From Botryllus schlosseri (lineage: Eukaryota): a stretch of 64,000 nt of DNA. The stretch lies in the NCBI GenBank assembly GCA_051294905.1, contig CM119372.1, positions 23,004,001 to 23,068,000 on the forward strand, read 5' to 3'. Under the pieces are notes generated by a model, which was not told where the DNA came from, did not search any database, and saw only the letters and a list, made by a program, of their open reading frames with translations. The position numbers and the translations under genes were made by a program. Positions 11,405 to 25,985 of the stretch are shown piece by piece (within the stretch, counting starts at the first letter, position 1; each line of letters begins with the position of its first letter).

Positions 11405-13247
11405 GAATTAATTGCGAATATGAATGTGTTGTTCATTGCAAAAGTTAGCACAATAGTGTTCTGGTCCTCGTTTGCAAAGATGCTCGGTATTTTGCAAGCA
11501 ACAGCACGGACGTAAACGAGCTGTTGGTGATTTTCATTCACGTATATCTAAATAGCGACTATCCGGTCACTTATGTGGAACACGAGACTGTTAAGCACGA
11601 ACTTCGATTGCATTATTTCAGGGACGAAGCTTTATGAGATTAGCGACCAGTGTTGATGGTGATGGATATATTATTTGGACATCGATCGTATATGTGTCAA
11701 TATAGCCTCTACATATTTCAATGAAAATCCATACTAATAACTATCCGGGTACCAGTGCACACTGCACAGCGTATACCCAGAGATAGTCAATTACAAGTAG
11801 CCTGCTTATACACAAATAACTCAAAATGTTTTGGTATTGTAGCACTTACTTGAGTGATTTTGATTTGCTTCTATCTACTTGAATAGTGGTTAGGCTAAAC
11901 TACTTAAAATATTGTGATTTTGAAAAGAACAGAGTCATTTTGGGATATGATTGCATCACTGTTATGAGTGAAATGCCCGTATTAAAGTAAATAAATATTG
12001 TTTTCGAAAACGTATTTGTACTGTCATTATTCATTATGCGTCTCAAATACGCATCTTGCAATTTCAAACGTAGTCACCTCCAATTAACTGGTAAAAGTAC
12101 GCGACCCTTCGACCAAGTCTACTTTTTGAAACTGTATACTTACTGGGGTAATTTTAAGACCTTGCATTTTCTACTTTCAATCGAAATAGTTTTCAAAGGT
12201 CTTGAAAATCGCTAACTGATAGTGGTAATTCAGTATAGCGGTATACGGCTTACTTCTACTTGAGTAGCGACACTTCACGGTCTTCTCTGCATATGCCCTT
12301 GTTTCCCCACTCGGAACATGGTGTATGTGGGATATGTATACTCACGGGCAATTCTGAAGGTCCGTTACCTCAAACCACAAAGTGTCTCTAATCACGAAGT
12401 CGATGACGCTTCTCCACGATTTCAATGTTTTATCCGCGTGACGCTGCATGCACTCGGTGAAGAAATCACTCAATGCAGAATTGACGTCAGGAGCAAATTC
12501 CGAGGCAAAGTCAGAGGTTGCCGCATGCTGGCGTCTTCCCTCGGGACATTCATAAAAAACGGATTCATGATTTTTTCCATAGCGACAAGCTAAAAATGAA
12601 AGATTGATATGTTACAATGCCACAATTTTTCGAATCCCGTCTTGTTCCTACAAGTATTTACCGAACCCAACACCTAAAGTTCTAGGCCTAAGTTTCGCGC
12701 CGCACCATACCGCCCTTGTTTATCTGGGCTCCTCCTCGCCATGTGATCCGCTTAAGCGGTGTCTCACAAAAGTCTAGAGCTAGCGCTACAAGTGCATGGG
12801 CTTATATCATGAATCAAGCAATAAATATCCTATGACTAGAGTAGTCGAAACACCATGAATACCCAAAACAACTATAAACGAGTGAAATAAGAGGATTAAA
12901 ACTTATATTCATGAAATTGCCACATTTCTAAATCCACCAAACTACGGTGTACCGAATGATTTCTCCCAGTCAAGGGATGTAAAGAAAATTTAGTTGCAGT
13001 GTACCACGGGTGCATGGCTATCTTTTTTTCTATAACGGCAACATTACGATTACTTTTATGGCGCACGACCGAATGCCAGTGGGAGCATTCAAACTAGCAA
13101 ATGTCAAAACCGAGAATGTCAAAATACCTGGTCGTTCAAAATAACGAGTATCAAAACAGCGGGTTTCAAAATTACGTGCCATTCAAAGTATCCGGTGTCA
13201 CAGAAGCGGTGTCATTATATAGGGTACTATGTAAACTATAACCATAA

Positions 13248-13876
13248 CACTGGCCAACAAAATGAAAGAAAAAAAAATAATGATATCAGGGCAGATGAGA
13301 TGAACAATTGAACATATTATGGCAGACCATTGCCGGAACCTTTCGAGAAACTGCACTATATAGCTTATAGGTGAAAATCGTCCGGAAAACTATTGTGCTT
13401 TAAAATAATTTAATAATATTTGATTACAACTGATTATTTCAAATTTACAAAAGGTGGTTGACGTAAAACTGATTGAATTAATGCCACGTTATTTGAGTAT
13501 CTAAGTATTTACTTATATATATATATGACTGGAGTTTATTTATGTACGTAGGGCTACATGATATCCGTGAAAGTCTGTAACTATGATAAATGTATTAACC
13601 TAAATATAGTGCTGTTGCTGTATTTTGATTTAAAAGTGTCTTCTTTGTGTAAAAATAACCAGTAGATTGAATTTCTAAACTTTGTAGTACGACTGAGCCG
13701 ATTTTATATCTAGTCACTACCGCAAAAATGGGAGATTTTGGTCAAAATAGTCCCATGTGTTATCTCCACAACAAGAGCCAATTTGAAAAAAGTAGGGTCA
13801 TATTCGGAATCAGTGCCCTTCAGAACTCCCAAAATCACTCTTACTCTGTTTGCCTAAAAATATGTGTTGACCAGTG
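13248..13876. mobile_element. Probable MITE with CACTGG termini
   Basis: cactggccaaca ... tgttgaccagtg; TA follows the right end, left flank is AA. Confidence 0.45.
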
Positions 13877-15277
13877 TAATCAATCCGCAACTTCCAATGC
13901 CTATCCAAACTAGCAGAAGAAAAGAGCGCGCTGGTCTTGCCAGCTATAATCTCGCGTTCGCCTGTCGTTACGATATTGATCCACATAATGCTGTCGTTTA
14001 TATCTAGCGTCCACCTAACAATGAAAATGAAATAGACGTTTATTGAGCGTTGAAACTATAAAGTTGTCCGTTACCCGAATCGACTTCAGCAATGAATAGT
14101 CGTAAGAAAATGATGATAACTCTCCATACCCATATCCATACCTTGAGTTTTATGAATGACGATCGGAAAGCAAATTCCAAGTACAGCAAATCCAACGATA
14201 TTTTTCGGAAGCATGACCTTTAGTTGCTGTGAGAGCCGCCGATGCTGAATGAATATAATCCTTTACGAAATTTGTATCAACTATGTAGATATTTACATAC
14301 AGATGCGTAAGGACATGTTGGGCCCTTGGGCAGAAATTGAAGATTAAACGAGCGAATCCTACAGTTTCCTACGTATAATCGAGATGTTTTTGAGTGGTTT
14401 ACCACTATTTCATCTTACTAAGCATTGTCGTAATTGTAACGACCGGGACAATCTGTATTGGAACAATCGGATTACTCAGTTCACATGACCGAGATGTTGC
14501 AGTTTGGCTTTTATTTTTGAAATAATAACTCACTGTGTATTACAAATTAATTATTAAACATCGCTGTAGCATTTTTGCAATAAATTAGTTATATTGTTGG
14601 ATTGAAATGGCTTCGAACTAGGTTGGCATCATTTTCGATATGCTTGTTCACAAAGGGCAGTGAGATCCGCACCCGGCGCTCCAAACTCCCAACTAAGGCG
14701 AGCGGAAATTTGAAATGGGCCTCAAATTTATTTCGTCAAAAAGCATAAATTAGCGTTTTATGTATAAAGATTGCTGAGTCGAATTCTTAAATTTTAAGTT
14801 TTGTCTTCGCGCGAGTTATTGTTTCCGTATCATACGTGCTTCACCACAGAAACATACATGTTCTTTGTTAATCTATAAAGGTCGACCTATTCATATGGCT
14901 AGTGATCTTTGCGGTACTCCATTGACTAAAAACGCTGCGTGCCATTATTTGTGGGAATACGTCAAATGACATGGGCATTCACTGATGTTCGCGATAGCTA
15001 CGATTAGGGTTGCATTTAAAACAAACGGTGTTATAAAACACTTTGTTTAAAACATGTTTTAAACAGTGTTTTAAATAAAGGCCTTTTAAAAAAATGTCTC
15101 TTTTAAAGTTGTAAAATTATGCTATAATTGTGTAAATACTTTCCAAAAAACCTGTTGTATGAGCCTACGGACAATTACCACTCGACGTATATCGATATGG
15201 GATGGTTGGAACCCTCAAAATAGTCGGTTCAACATTAAGAGTACAGATAACTCGGCAAAGGAGCTACATTTACCCTA

Positions 15278-17960
15278 CACTGTAAAAAATAAAAACCTCG
15301 ATATACCGCGAAATGTTTGGAAGCACGGTAGCCAGACATTTCGTGGTAATCTAACATTACCGTTAGTCAATGTAAATTTAACTTACACTCGTCCGGTAAT
15401 CTCACTTTACACGCCAGACTGTAATGTTACAGTCACCTCCGGTGTATCTAATCTACATGTTCTCCTGTACATTTGCGATCGAGACTGTCATTTTACCGCC
15501 TACCTACCTACATGCTATCCCTGTAAATCAGGATTACATACCAGCTTGTAAATTCACGTACATCCATACCTATCGCAAAGCAACCCGATGCAAAAATATC
15601 GCAACATTTTCTTCACATACCCAAAACGACATTGGAACAAACTGTATATTCATTCATGATATCACGATGAAGTGGTTATCGATGGAAAAATATTGCTGCT
15701 GGAGGTCTAATTCTTCTTTAGGAGACATGCAGTAACACGAGTGGTCTCAAGAAAACGTGAATTAATTCCACCACCGGCCAAACTTCCAATTGTTTCTTTT
15801 TCTCGTTCTCATTCCTTCTGTGTAAGTAGTATCTTGCAGTTCCACTAAAAAGAATTCATGCGTAAGTCGCTATATAAAGCAAAGTTCCTAACCTGGACAG
15901 TGGACATGACTGTATAAAGACTAAGACAAATAGGCTAACAAAAATATAACATGTTTTGAAGTACCGGTACTGGCACATTGTGTGATGACGGCTTCGCCTT
16001 TTACATGACATAGCAGAGATTCGTGACTTTATCTGTATTGAAGCAAAAGGTTCCTAATTAAGGGAGGCATGTGTGGCAAACAAATCCAGCAGCGGATGAA
16101 AACATATCTATGCTATGGCCCGAAAATGACATTACCAAGCCAACAGTTTCAACTCCTCCGCAGCGGAGTATGAGGTCACTATATAAGTCGACAAATATCC
16201 CAAAATAGAACAGAGAATGCGGCGAATGAAATATATCAATATGAAATCTAAGTCATCGAGGGCTGGTGTGCAGAGTCAGATATTCACGGTAACAAATACT
16301 ATGTAGTACTGTATTACCTTTTAAGATGCGTATTCCATTCAGCATTCCTAGGAATCTTCAACGATCGTGTCCACTTTCTTCAAGCATAACAAGCTTCGCT
16401 CCACCCTTTGCTCAAATCTCACTAATGGCCACTGGCCAGACGACACTCGAACGATTTCGAAATAAATGGTATTTATCCGCTGACACATCACACCAATAAT
16501 ATTTACTGGTCACGTTATGATGTTTGATCTGGGTCGTTTTTTCCATACAGAAACATTTATCATTGCATATAGTCCCTTTTTTCATCTAATTTCGTATAAA
16601 TTGATATATATTCCATGTGTTGTTCACGGGTCCATCTACTTTGTGAATGTCGGCAATGTCGGCGCAATGTCGGCAATGTCGGAGCAATGTTAGCAATGTC
16701 GGCGCAATGTAGGTACAATATACGAACTTATACCGTGCAATATACTTATATTCAAATAATTATAACTGATATTATACTTGACAGATAGCAATGTCGATGA
16801 TGTTGCCGCAATGTCGACAATGCCGGCGCAATGTCGACAACGGCGGCGCAATGTTGATAATGTCAGCGCAATGTCGCCGCAATGTAGGTACAAAATGCGA
16901 ACTTATAACTTACAATATACCTATTTAAAAAAACTTTTTAGTAGATATGACTCATGTTTAATTGGGTGAGTATGCTATGCTTGATATTTTACTTGACCGA
17001 TAGCAATGTCGATGTTGCCGCAATGTCGATAATACCTACATTGCGGCGACATTCTAATTGGCGACATTGCGCCGGCATTGTCGACATTGCGGCAACATCA
17101 TCGACATTGCTATCTGTCAAGTATAATATCAGTTATAATTATTTGAATATAAGTATATTGCACGGTATAAGTTCGTATATTGTACCGACATTGCGCCGAC
17201 ATTGCCGACATTGCGCCGACATTGCCGACATTCACAAAGTAGATGGACCCTGTTGTTCACTACTTACTGTACTTACCTAACCAGACGCTGCTTGTGATGT
17301 CACAGTTGTGCGTTGGTTGTTTACTACGAATCTCAGAAAAAGCAGTCACCTAATGTAACCTATTACAGGTCGCCTTGTCCGCCATTAACAAATGGTCAGC
17401 TGAGCATGCGGTGCTGATATTTTGTAGTTTCCCCGAGCAATATTATGCATCCTGAACTAATTTTCTAACTTATCAGCCTTATCCGTGACAACAAATGTAA
17501 CCAGCGAGACTGGCCGTACAGCCATTGCCTTATAATATAATATGGCTACGGTGTACCACATTAGCTACGATTTTCAGTTATTTCTTGTACCCTACTAAGC
17601 TTAAATTGATACTAGAGGGCCAACAATTTCGGTATGACAGACCCCAGTCTCGCAAACGAGGTTCAATCAGGTCAAATCACCTCTCGAATGATATATCAGG
17701 AACATTCAGTTCTACGTATACATTGGCTGCAGCGATTTTGAAGCTAATCAACTTTGCCAGTAGCCCGGTAAACTGCAGTAACGAGTAACTGTCAGTAATT
17801 TTGCGAAGAAATTCTGGTAACTTACTTTACATCTATATTAAGGTAATATTACATATCAAAATGTAAAATGACAAGCTACGCACAGTAATTGGCTGCGACC
17901 GGTAATTCGTGGTAAAATTTACAGAGATTTCCCAGTAAATCTACCAGATTTTTTACAGTG
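15278..17960. mobile_element. EnSpm/CACTA-like non-autonomous element
   Basis: TIRs cactgtaaaaaat / attttttacagtg; 2-bp TSD TA; many TTAC/GTAA subterminal motifs. Confidence 0.75.
16628..17250. mobile_element. Foldback MULE-like MITE
   Basis: Long TIRs starting gggtccatctactttgtgaatg; 10-bp TSD TGTTGTTCAC; internal CAATGTCGG(CG) tandem repeats. Confidence 0.85.
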
Positions 17961-19910
17961 TATATTTTCAATTGTCAACGCCAATCCACTATGGCGTCAC
18001 AATTGAATATTGGTGACATCATGACTTTAAAAAAAACACAAAAAAAAACATGTTTTAAATAAGTGCCTTGATTTAAACATGTCTGTTTTAAATTGACTTT
18101 TGTTTTAAATGCAACCCTAGCTGCGATATTGCTACAGAAACAGTGTGGTGTAGGAAATTCTCCTCATACGATGATGATAATTCACGTAACAGTGAGTCGA
18201 CTGTGGGTGCTCTAGATCTTAAATAATAAATATGGTATCTTAATCGTTGGTGCAAAAACAATTCAGGGCACTCTACCCCTATAAACTATGTAAATAAAGT
18301 CCGGGTAACTGATTATCCCGTCACAGTCATTTGTCAACCCATCGTCAATGGTAGTTTTCAAAATTGCGAGTTGGGTAACGGCGAGTATATCTCTCTAATC
18401 TATCACGGGCTTAATACTGAATACAAACAGCGCCATTTTCACATTGATCAGCTTTCATCATTACCAAAAAAGTATAAATTTGATTCATAAAACTTGATGA
18501 ATAGCCTACGTCCTTCAATTATAAGCGATATATTTTCTTGCAACCAGAACTATTGTGGGGCAGGTTCGCGTCAGTGTGAAAATTTCACGACCGTTTGAAA
18601 CAAAGAGGAAAATCGCGGAAGGTGGTGTTCCTTTAAGCCATCGCACCTAACTGTGCATCAATATAAGTGTTCAAATACATCGTAGTTCTCACCACACAAT
18701 ATTCTTTCTGGTGATTCTGCGGACCGCTGAATCAGTCCATGAAGGGGCAGCATATATATTGTTAAGTAACAATCGAATTTTTCGGTACTGCCGCTTGAAC
18801 AGACCGGCGCCTGGATCGACCATAAATGGCCTTGACGTAACCGATTTTGTAGTTTTTACTGTATATTTTGCAGTTTTTACTGCATATTTTGCTGTTTTAT
18901 TCATCAATCGTGTCAACACTAGGCAACAGTTGCCCTCTAAACCTCCACCGCCTCCATTTGCTCTCATCTCCACCCTGCCGCCCAATTTGTAGTCAGCGCC
19001 TCCCAATCGCCCATTTCGTCGCCAGCGCCGATTTGACGCTCGCCGACACCCCCAGGGGGTGCGGGCGCCCAATTTGGGAAGCACTAAGTTATACGAACAA
19101 GGAATGAATAAGTCAAAGGCGTGAGTATTCGAATTTTGTCCCTTTTCTTCGCCTCTTACCTACGTCTCTCACCAGCATGACTTGATCGACCATCTATTGC
19201 TGACTCGGCAAAGTGTACGTCACCACATACAGTCTCAAACCAACGGAAATTCAGTAGACGTTCTTTAATTCCAATATAAAGATATATAGAAGTAAAATTA
19301 ACAGTTGTGTTTGGACGAATAAGAATTACGTCAGCTATATTATTGTACGACAATTATATCCATCATTCAGAAAGGCTCTCGAAAGCAGCCTACAATTCTT
19401 TCTATCATCGGATCCCAGAGTGTGTCAAGAACCAGTGGAATTCGTAATTTAGCTATAGAACGGGTGAGCTGATCGTTTCTCAAGAGAAGCTGTATAAGGC
19501 CCTCGCTTATACCATGGTCCGAAAAGACATCGTAGTCGGTGCGCGATTACCTCTTCTGATCCAACGACAACAATTACATCAAACAGTTTAAAGCTGGTGG
19601 TTTCACGTTGCTTCACTCAAGACACATCTTTCTTCGCCCACGTTGGGAACCACTGATTCAGCTGGAGGATGTTTTATACATTATTATCTGTCGTATTTAG
19701 TTATGCATTAGTTTTCGATAATACAGCGTGCTTTGTGACATCATAAACCATATGACGTGATGTAGCCTATGCCAGTGGTTCTCAACCTTTTTCAGCTCGC
19801 GGGCCTGTAAAATTTCAAAAAAATTTGACGGACCGGTGGACTTTCAAACGTTAAAATCAACTCAAAACCTGAAGCATGCAAATGTTTTTTGCAAGTATAT
19901 GGTGCTAGAG

Positions 19911-21254
19911 CAGTGGTTCTCAACCTTTTTTGACACGCGCCCCCCTTGGAGATGGTCAAAAAAATCGCGCCCCCCTGACCTCCCTTGCATTTATCGTCAT
20001 GTCAAAAAGAGCACATCATCTAATACAGAGGTGGGCAACGTTTTTGATAATCATAGCTGCATTTCGATTGCTTATGTAGCGTAAGGCCGCATTCCAGGGC
20101 ATAGCCGCAATGAACGATCTGGACGCAAAATTCCTATGGTAAACTGTCCATATCCATTCCCGGTGAGCTCCGGACTATTCTACTTTTCACAATGGCCTAT
20201 TGTACGCACCGAAATCGCGAGTGGCAATGTTATGAATAATTGCCGGGAGGTGCATATTGTCGCGCGGAGCGCGAAAAGTTTTCAGGGCCGCGAACAAATA
20301 GTTATTTCTTGCCAATTCCCATTCCGGCTCAGATTAAGAAGGGTGCTACTGCATTAAAATCGAAAAATGAAGTCTTGTTGAATTGCACGGAGGGCGAAGA
20401 AAATTTCAAGATTAATTAAATCTCTCGAAAATGCGGGAGTGAATTCGTAATTGCAATTTGCATGTCTACGGCCGCCAACACATACTAATTAATCGAATTA
20501 GGCGTCGACGGCCGCTCAAATTCCCTTTTACGGCCGCAGGCTGCCCAGTGCCCACCCCTGATCTAATAGTATACATAAGGTATATATTACGTCAATGTTG
20601 TTGAGTCTTTTACATCGCTGACAAATTTCTCCAAACTTGTTTGAAAATAACAAAAAAACATTGAACAAGACATCCAATAATTAATTTCAAGGTAGGCCAC
20701 CCTGAGACTAATCCTGATGCTGGTAGTGAGTACAGAGAGCAAGGCGTCGTTCTGTCCTGCCAGGCTAAATTTGATCAGTTTTAGAAATTAATTAAATTGT
20801 GTTGATTTATAGCCTAATTGAGGGCGAAACCGTGCAACCTATGTTGCATCTAAGTCTGTCTTAGGCAGTGCAGTTCGCAAGCTACTAACAACAGCTGCCC
20901 AGCGCGACGACAAGCTTTAGGCTACTGTCAAAGCTATGAAGCAATGAATGACTTACACGTGGGAATTGCTCTCTATATCTCCAAAAAATATCAAAAATTT
21001 GCTCAAATGAAGTTGGAATCAGACTATACTCCGTTGAGCGCGGTTGCTGGAGTTTGTATTTTTCAAGCTTTCTTGAATATGGAATAAATTTCATCTTCAT
21101 TAATTGTCTTCTCATAATGGATGTGAAACACATGTTCAGACACGTACAATTTATACTGACTTTGTTAATTTCTCGCGCCCCCCCTATACTGACTTCGTCA
21201 ATTTCTCGCGCCCCCCTTGAGAGCCTCCCGCGCCCCCCAGGTTGAGAACCCCTG
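19911..21254. mobile_element. hAT MITE
   Basis: TIRs cagtggttctcaacc / ggttgagaacccctg; TSD TGCTAGAG; empty-site paralogue near 1380-1400. Confidence 0.85.
20026..20560. mobile_element. hAT MITE nested in 19911-21254
   Basis: Ends cagaggtgggca / tgcccacccctg; TSD ATCTAATA. Confidence 0.8.
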
Positions 21255-23003
21255 TGCTAGAGAGTGGCATTTTGAGGGTTTTGATCGTTATTAATTATTA
21301 TGTACGTGATGGCACCCAGGTGATTTTATCGTAGTAAGTCTGCTGAGTCGAGGTAAAATTGCCTTGCCCGGGTAAACGTGCTAGCGCCGACAGTCGTTTA
21401 CAGTCTTTCGCGCCGAAGTTCATTGATTTAACCAACCACGCTAACTCGAATAATATTCTTCTCTTCGACAACATTGAGAGAACAGGCGTTTTGGAGTCGA
21501 ACCCAGCACCTTGTCGTGCTACCTTGCTCATTGTCCACTGCCACCAGACGTAGGCTACTCTGGCTACTATGAATACAATGCGCCGCACGAAAACACCTGA
21601 CAACAGCTATACCTGGCCAATGGCCATCCACAAAATCAGGGTCATGGTCTTAGGCCCCTACTGGGTGATAAACCAAACTTATGGGGGTGCTTCGCCCCTA
21701 GACCCCACAGATGGTTGGATGTTTCACCAGTCCTTGTGAACACATTCATTCTACTCAGTGTAGGCCAGTGGTTCCCAACCGGTGGGGAATTCCCCACTGG
21801 TGGCGAATTCAATGGTTTCTGGTGAATTCCAAAAAAAGGTCAACTTTCTCGCTCGGTTCCCAGAATACAGTATTTTCCTTCACGCTGCGGTGGTTGACTA
21901 AAAAAGAAAAAGGTCAACTTTTTACTCGGCTCCCGAAATACCTGCCGAACTCTGGTGTTGATTTACGGCATGTCAGTTGAATTTTGCTATAGATATGACC
22001 AAAATTCTCAAAAAAGAGGACGGAATATCAAAAAAGGGGACAAAACGGCGTCCTCCGAGGACACAAAAAAAGAGGACAAATCCTCTTAAAAGAGAACGTA
22101 TGGTAACCCTAATAATAATTAAACCTATTCGGGTGGGCCTGTTGGATTAATTACTTCATTGCATGTCAATATTTAGTGATCTACTGTCTGTTATATAGTG
22201 AGAAGATATTAAAATCACCCAAGAGTACTAAACTAAAGGACGCACACGACTCCAAATTCGTTTTTCTTCATGGCAAACAATTTTTCTCTGTGGTCTGACA
22301 TTTGTCCTGTGGGACGGCGAGATTAGATTCCCTGGATTTGGGAGCCTAAAAAATTAAACATATACATAACGAAGGTTTCGGTCAATAAAGCTCAGTCCTT
22401 TTCGGCAAGGTCATCTCGCTGGCGAGGTTTTCACACAGTGTTTGGATTCCTATGTTAGCCCAAACTATATTTTGTGTTGGCGCATCGTGGAGGGATATTG
22501 GTTGACGCCGAAATGCCTATTTCTATAAATCATGAGCGCGTTAAAATTTAAAAAAGTAGGTTAAAGTTTTTACAAAATGCTCTAAAATTTATGTTCATAC
22601 ATCAAATAATGTTGGGCCCCCTTCAGGCTCAGCCCCGCTCCAATCGGGGGGTTTGCGGTGCGGCAGTTACGGTCTTTCACAAAATGTATAAATCGAAAAC
22701 GAATGATCGCGCAAACTTCGCGGTTTAGCGAGTCAGCTCGTAGTTTGTCGTTAGTATGTCGTCAAATGACACGGCTTAAACTTGAAGCCACATCGAACAT
22801 GTCTCCAGACCAAATGTTACTTTATGAAGTTCCAAGTTTAAAATGAGAAAGTTGTGAATTTGATGTTCTATTATATTTTATCAATGGACAAACTTTCAAC
22901 AAATTGGATCTTGAAATTAAGGAATAAAATTGTAACATACCTCGCAGACCGGCTGGAAAGACGTCGTGGACCGGCACCGTTTCGCGGACCGGCGGTTGAA
23001 AAC

Positions 23004-24235
23004 CAGAGGTGGTCAGTAACGAAGTACTTCTACTTTTTTGAAGTACTCAATTTTTCTCTACTTCTGTTACTTACTCAAGTAGATCTTTCTTTCGCTACTT
23101 CTACTTGTACGTCGTAATATTTTGTGAATTACTTACTTACTTTTCGCTATTTTTAGTTTGTCAAGTAGAAGTAGTTTAATCCCCCAATAAGAAGGATAGC
23201 CTAAGGAATTTCGGAGCCGTTTTCAGGTAGTATCAACATTTGATTTTCATAAAGGTCATGTAATACCGCTCCGCGCACAGTAGGTATGGGGTGACAAATA
23301 TGTTTTAACGAAAGTATCGCTGAACATAATTTAGACACCGGGTTGCGTGGTTCCGTACACACCGCATTGTCACCTATATCAAGTATTTCATCACAGTAAG
23401 TATGACCCCCATAACGTAGAAACTACCGGTTCGCAATCTAGCAATTACCCATTATACCTAGCAGCCCATGACGTGTCCTAATCTGGAAAAGTGGACTTTT
23501 ACTTTTTTAACGTTAGACCTGTTTCAGCAGACCACCGTTGAAACTTTCTGGACAAAAGACATGAAATATACTTTCCGCTTTTTAGAAGTAGTATTAGTAT
23601 TTTTCTTTCAATTACGAGTATTATACGTTGAGCTCTAATTATAGTTTCAGTTCTTTTGTCTGGAGAACATACATGTTGAAGAGTAAACGAAAGTGTAATA
23701 ATGCCTTCTATTTCCGAAAATATAGCTATACACTATGGCACTTTTATGATCTGCCATATTTTTTATTTAACGTATACTAATTGCGCAAATTGTTAAAGCC
23801 GTACCCGACACAGCTTCTCCGTATTGCTCTTCGGCTGAACTAGGGGCCTTATAATATGGGGGAGGGCACCATGCCATGATATTCTCTAAAACGGGGTGTT
23901 TGAGTAAACAAAGGATTAGTATCACATTTCCATATCACTACTCTCAATTACATCCCATGATGTGGACGACTGCATATTCTATCAAGAATTGGCACCTCCT
24001 GCGATGCATCAACATGAATCATGCTCTCTACACCTTCCGCATAGCTCCATTTGCAGCTTTTGAAAGTCCATGCGAACAAATTACGATCGTTTTCACGACT
24101 ACTTATTTACTTGAGTAGATTTAAAGTCAGCCAATTCTACTTCTACTTAAAGTAGTTTTAGGTTGCTTATGAAAGAAGTACTTCTACTCGTACTTGAGTA
24201 GCTTTTTTCGTCGCTACTTCTACTTCTACTTGCAC
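23004..24235. mobile_element. CAGAGGTGGTCA-family element (TACTTGAGTA subterminal repeats), right end not found
   Basis: Homologous to 30606-32398 (inverted) and 43283-44073. Confidence 0.7.
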
Positions 24236-25654
24236 CCTTTGGAAAATCAATTCTTCGTTTCATGATCATGCGTAAAAGCAGACAACGCATTAAAAATACA
24301 GGACTGCTGCGTAATAAATAAATCGGCACTAATCGTATAAAACGCACAACCTTCAGGTTATAGTTGTATTGTACAGTATTGCGATAACAAACGATTCAAA
24401 AATACTGTTCACGGTACGCGCATATATACATATAACGTTGAGATAGTACAATAATTCTTCAAATAGAGTAAAGCCATGCAGCAAGGGTCGAAATGGCATT
24501 TTCACTCGCAAAACAATAGGAATTAAAAGATAAAAGGTTTTAGATCGGGCAGAAAATCATTTATGTAAAATCTATGACAAAGCTAACTGAACAATGCTTC
24601 AGTGGACTCGTACGTTTGCGCCACTGCATGGATCGTCATCGTTTCACCATAGTTACTCATCTAGTGTTGAGAAGATCTCACCTACAATATGTTTGTTATG
24701 TAACCCGAAAAGCAGTCGACAGTTTTGATGAAAATTGGAGGAATCTTTTTTGTGTGTGAAAAAACGTGAAATATGAATTGAAAGTATGCACATTTCTCGT
24801 TCAAGAGTGACCACCAGGTGGTTGATCAATAATGTGTTCGGGAGCCACGTCGAAAAGCTGGTCTTTTGAGAAAGAGTGACCACGGCGACGTTTCCTTGTG
24901 AAAGATCGCCGTCGACTCGCCCTTCATTTTGCGAATACTAGGTTGAACGTAGATGGGAGTAAACGTTTGTATCTATTATATGCGCATTTCGTAGAAAAAC
25001 ACCCAAACCATTTCTTCAAATATTCATTTTACTTATCCGCGCAAAATGCATCCGACTGTTCCACAGTTGTGATTCGGAATATGGTTGCAATCGCTACAAT
25101 TTAATTTTGGGAGATTTGATTCAGGGTAATGTGTGTGATGAAAACGGAGAATTGCATTCGGTTAAAAAAGCAGACTGACCCAGCTATACGTAATGTAACC
25201 CGCCTACAGCATAAAACGTTTACTGACGGCAAGAGAGCCAAGCATTGTCCTTAACATGGTGGCGAAATTATTTGATGATTAAGTATTAAGCTTAGTCGAC
25301 TTGATTTTAGCAAGTTAAAAATATTTCGAGTTCAAATATTTCAAATTCGGGTAGCATATGGAATCACTATTTATACTGCATAACTTGTAAGTCCGCAAAC
25401 GGGAAATTTCGCAACATGACTTGTTATCAATCAATATTGTATCAGTTCGATACTGACCAAGCCTAATATTTCTTCAAATACTGGTCGTTTCAAAATATGA
25501 TTGGGAACCACTGATGATGAGTAGATGATTTTGGCTTACTCGTATCATAAGTATATAAGGCTGTAGCGTGCATGCTGAAAAAGTTCGAGTTGAGGTATAC
25601 TTTCCGAATAATTTATTGCAATCGTTCCTCTCGAAGTAGGTGATATATGTATCT

Positions 25655-25985
25655 TCAACGGAAGCTCATCTCTGTGAACTGCATATTCAAATCTTTTTTT
25701 GTATCATGGTAATACCAACGAATCCCACGACCATGGCTTATATTGTACAATCCATTGAGGTTTGATCTGTGGCAATCGTTGTACCACCATCCTCCTTTGA
25801 ATTCTATTGCACAGTTAGATTCTGCACGTAGATCGTTGTCTGCGTCTTTTGTGGTAAACTGTTGATCGTTCAAAATACCTTTCCTATTACTGGCAACAGA
25901 TCGTGCAATGGCATCACTTGCGTTCCCCGAATATCCACTCACGTGTAGTCTGTAATTGTCAGAGGCCGGTGCGATGTTGAAGGAA
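25655..25985 (-). pseudogene. Fibrinogen-related-domain (ficolin/tenascin-like) gene, last exon
   Basis: SFNIAPASDNYRLHVSGYSGNASD...FTTKDADND...NCA...GGWWYNDCHRSNLNGLY...MQFTEMSFR*; acceptor ttttcaacag at 25986; AATAAA at 25612-25617. Confidence 0.9.

Larger units (their letters stand above)
15005..18119. mobile_element. TAGGGTTGCATTTAAAACAAA-family TIR element hosting nested elements
   Basis: TIRs match; TSD GCTACGAT/GCTGCGAT; empty-site paralogue at 56741-56823; other copies at 39982-41165 and ~29340-29630. Confidence 0.85.

Noticed and set aside
16647..17232. Regular CAATGTCGG repeats resembling a CRISPR array or repetitive protein
   Set aside because: No unique spacers or cas genes; the repeats are the arms of a TSD-flanked foldback element in eukaryotic DNA
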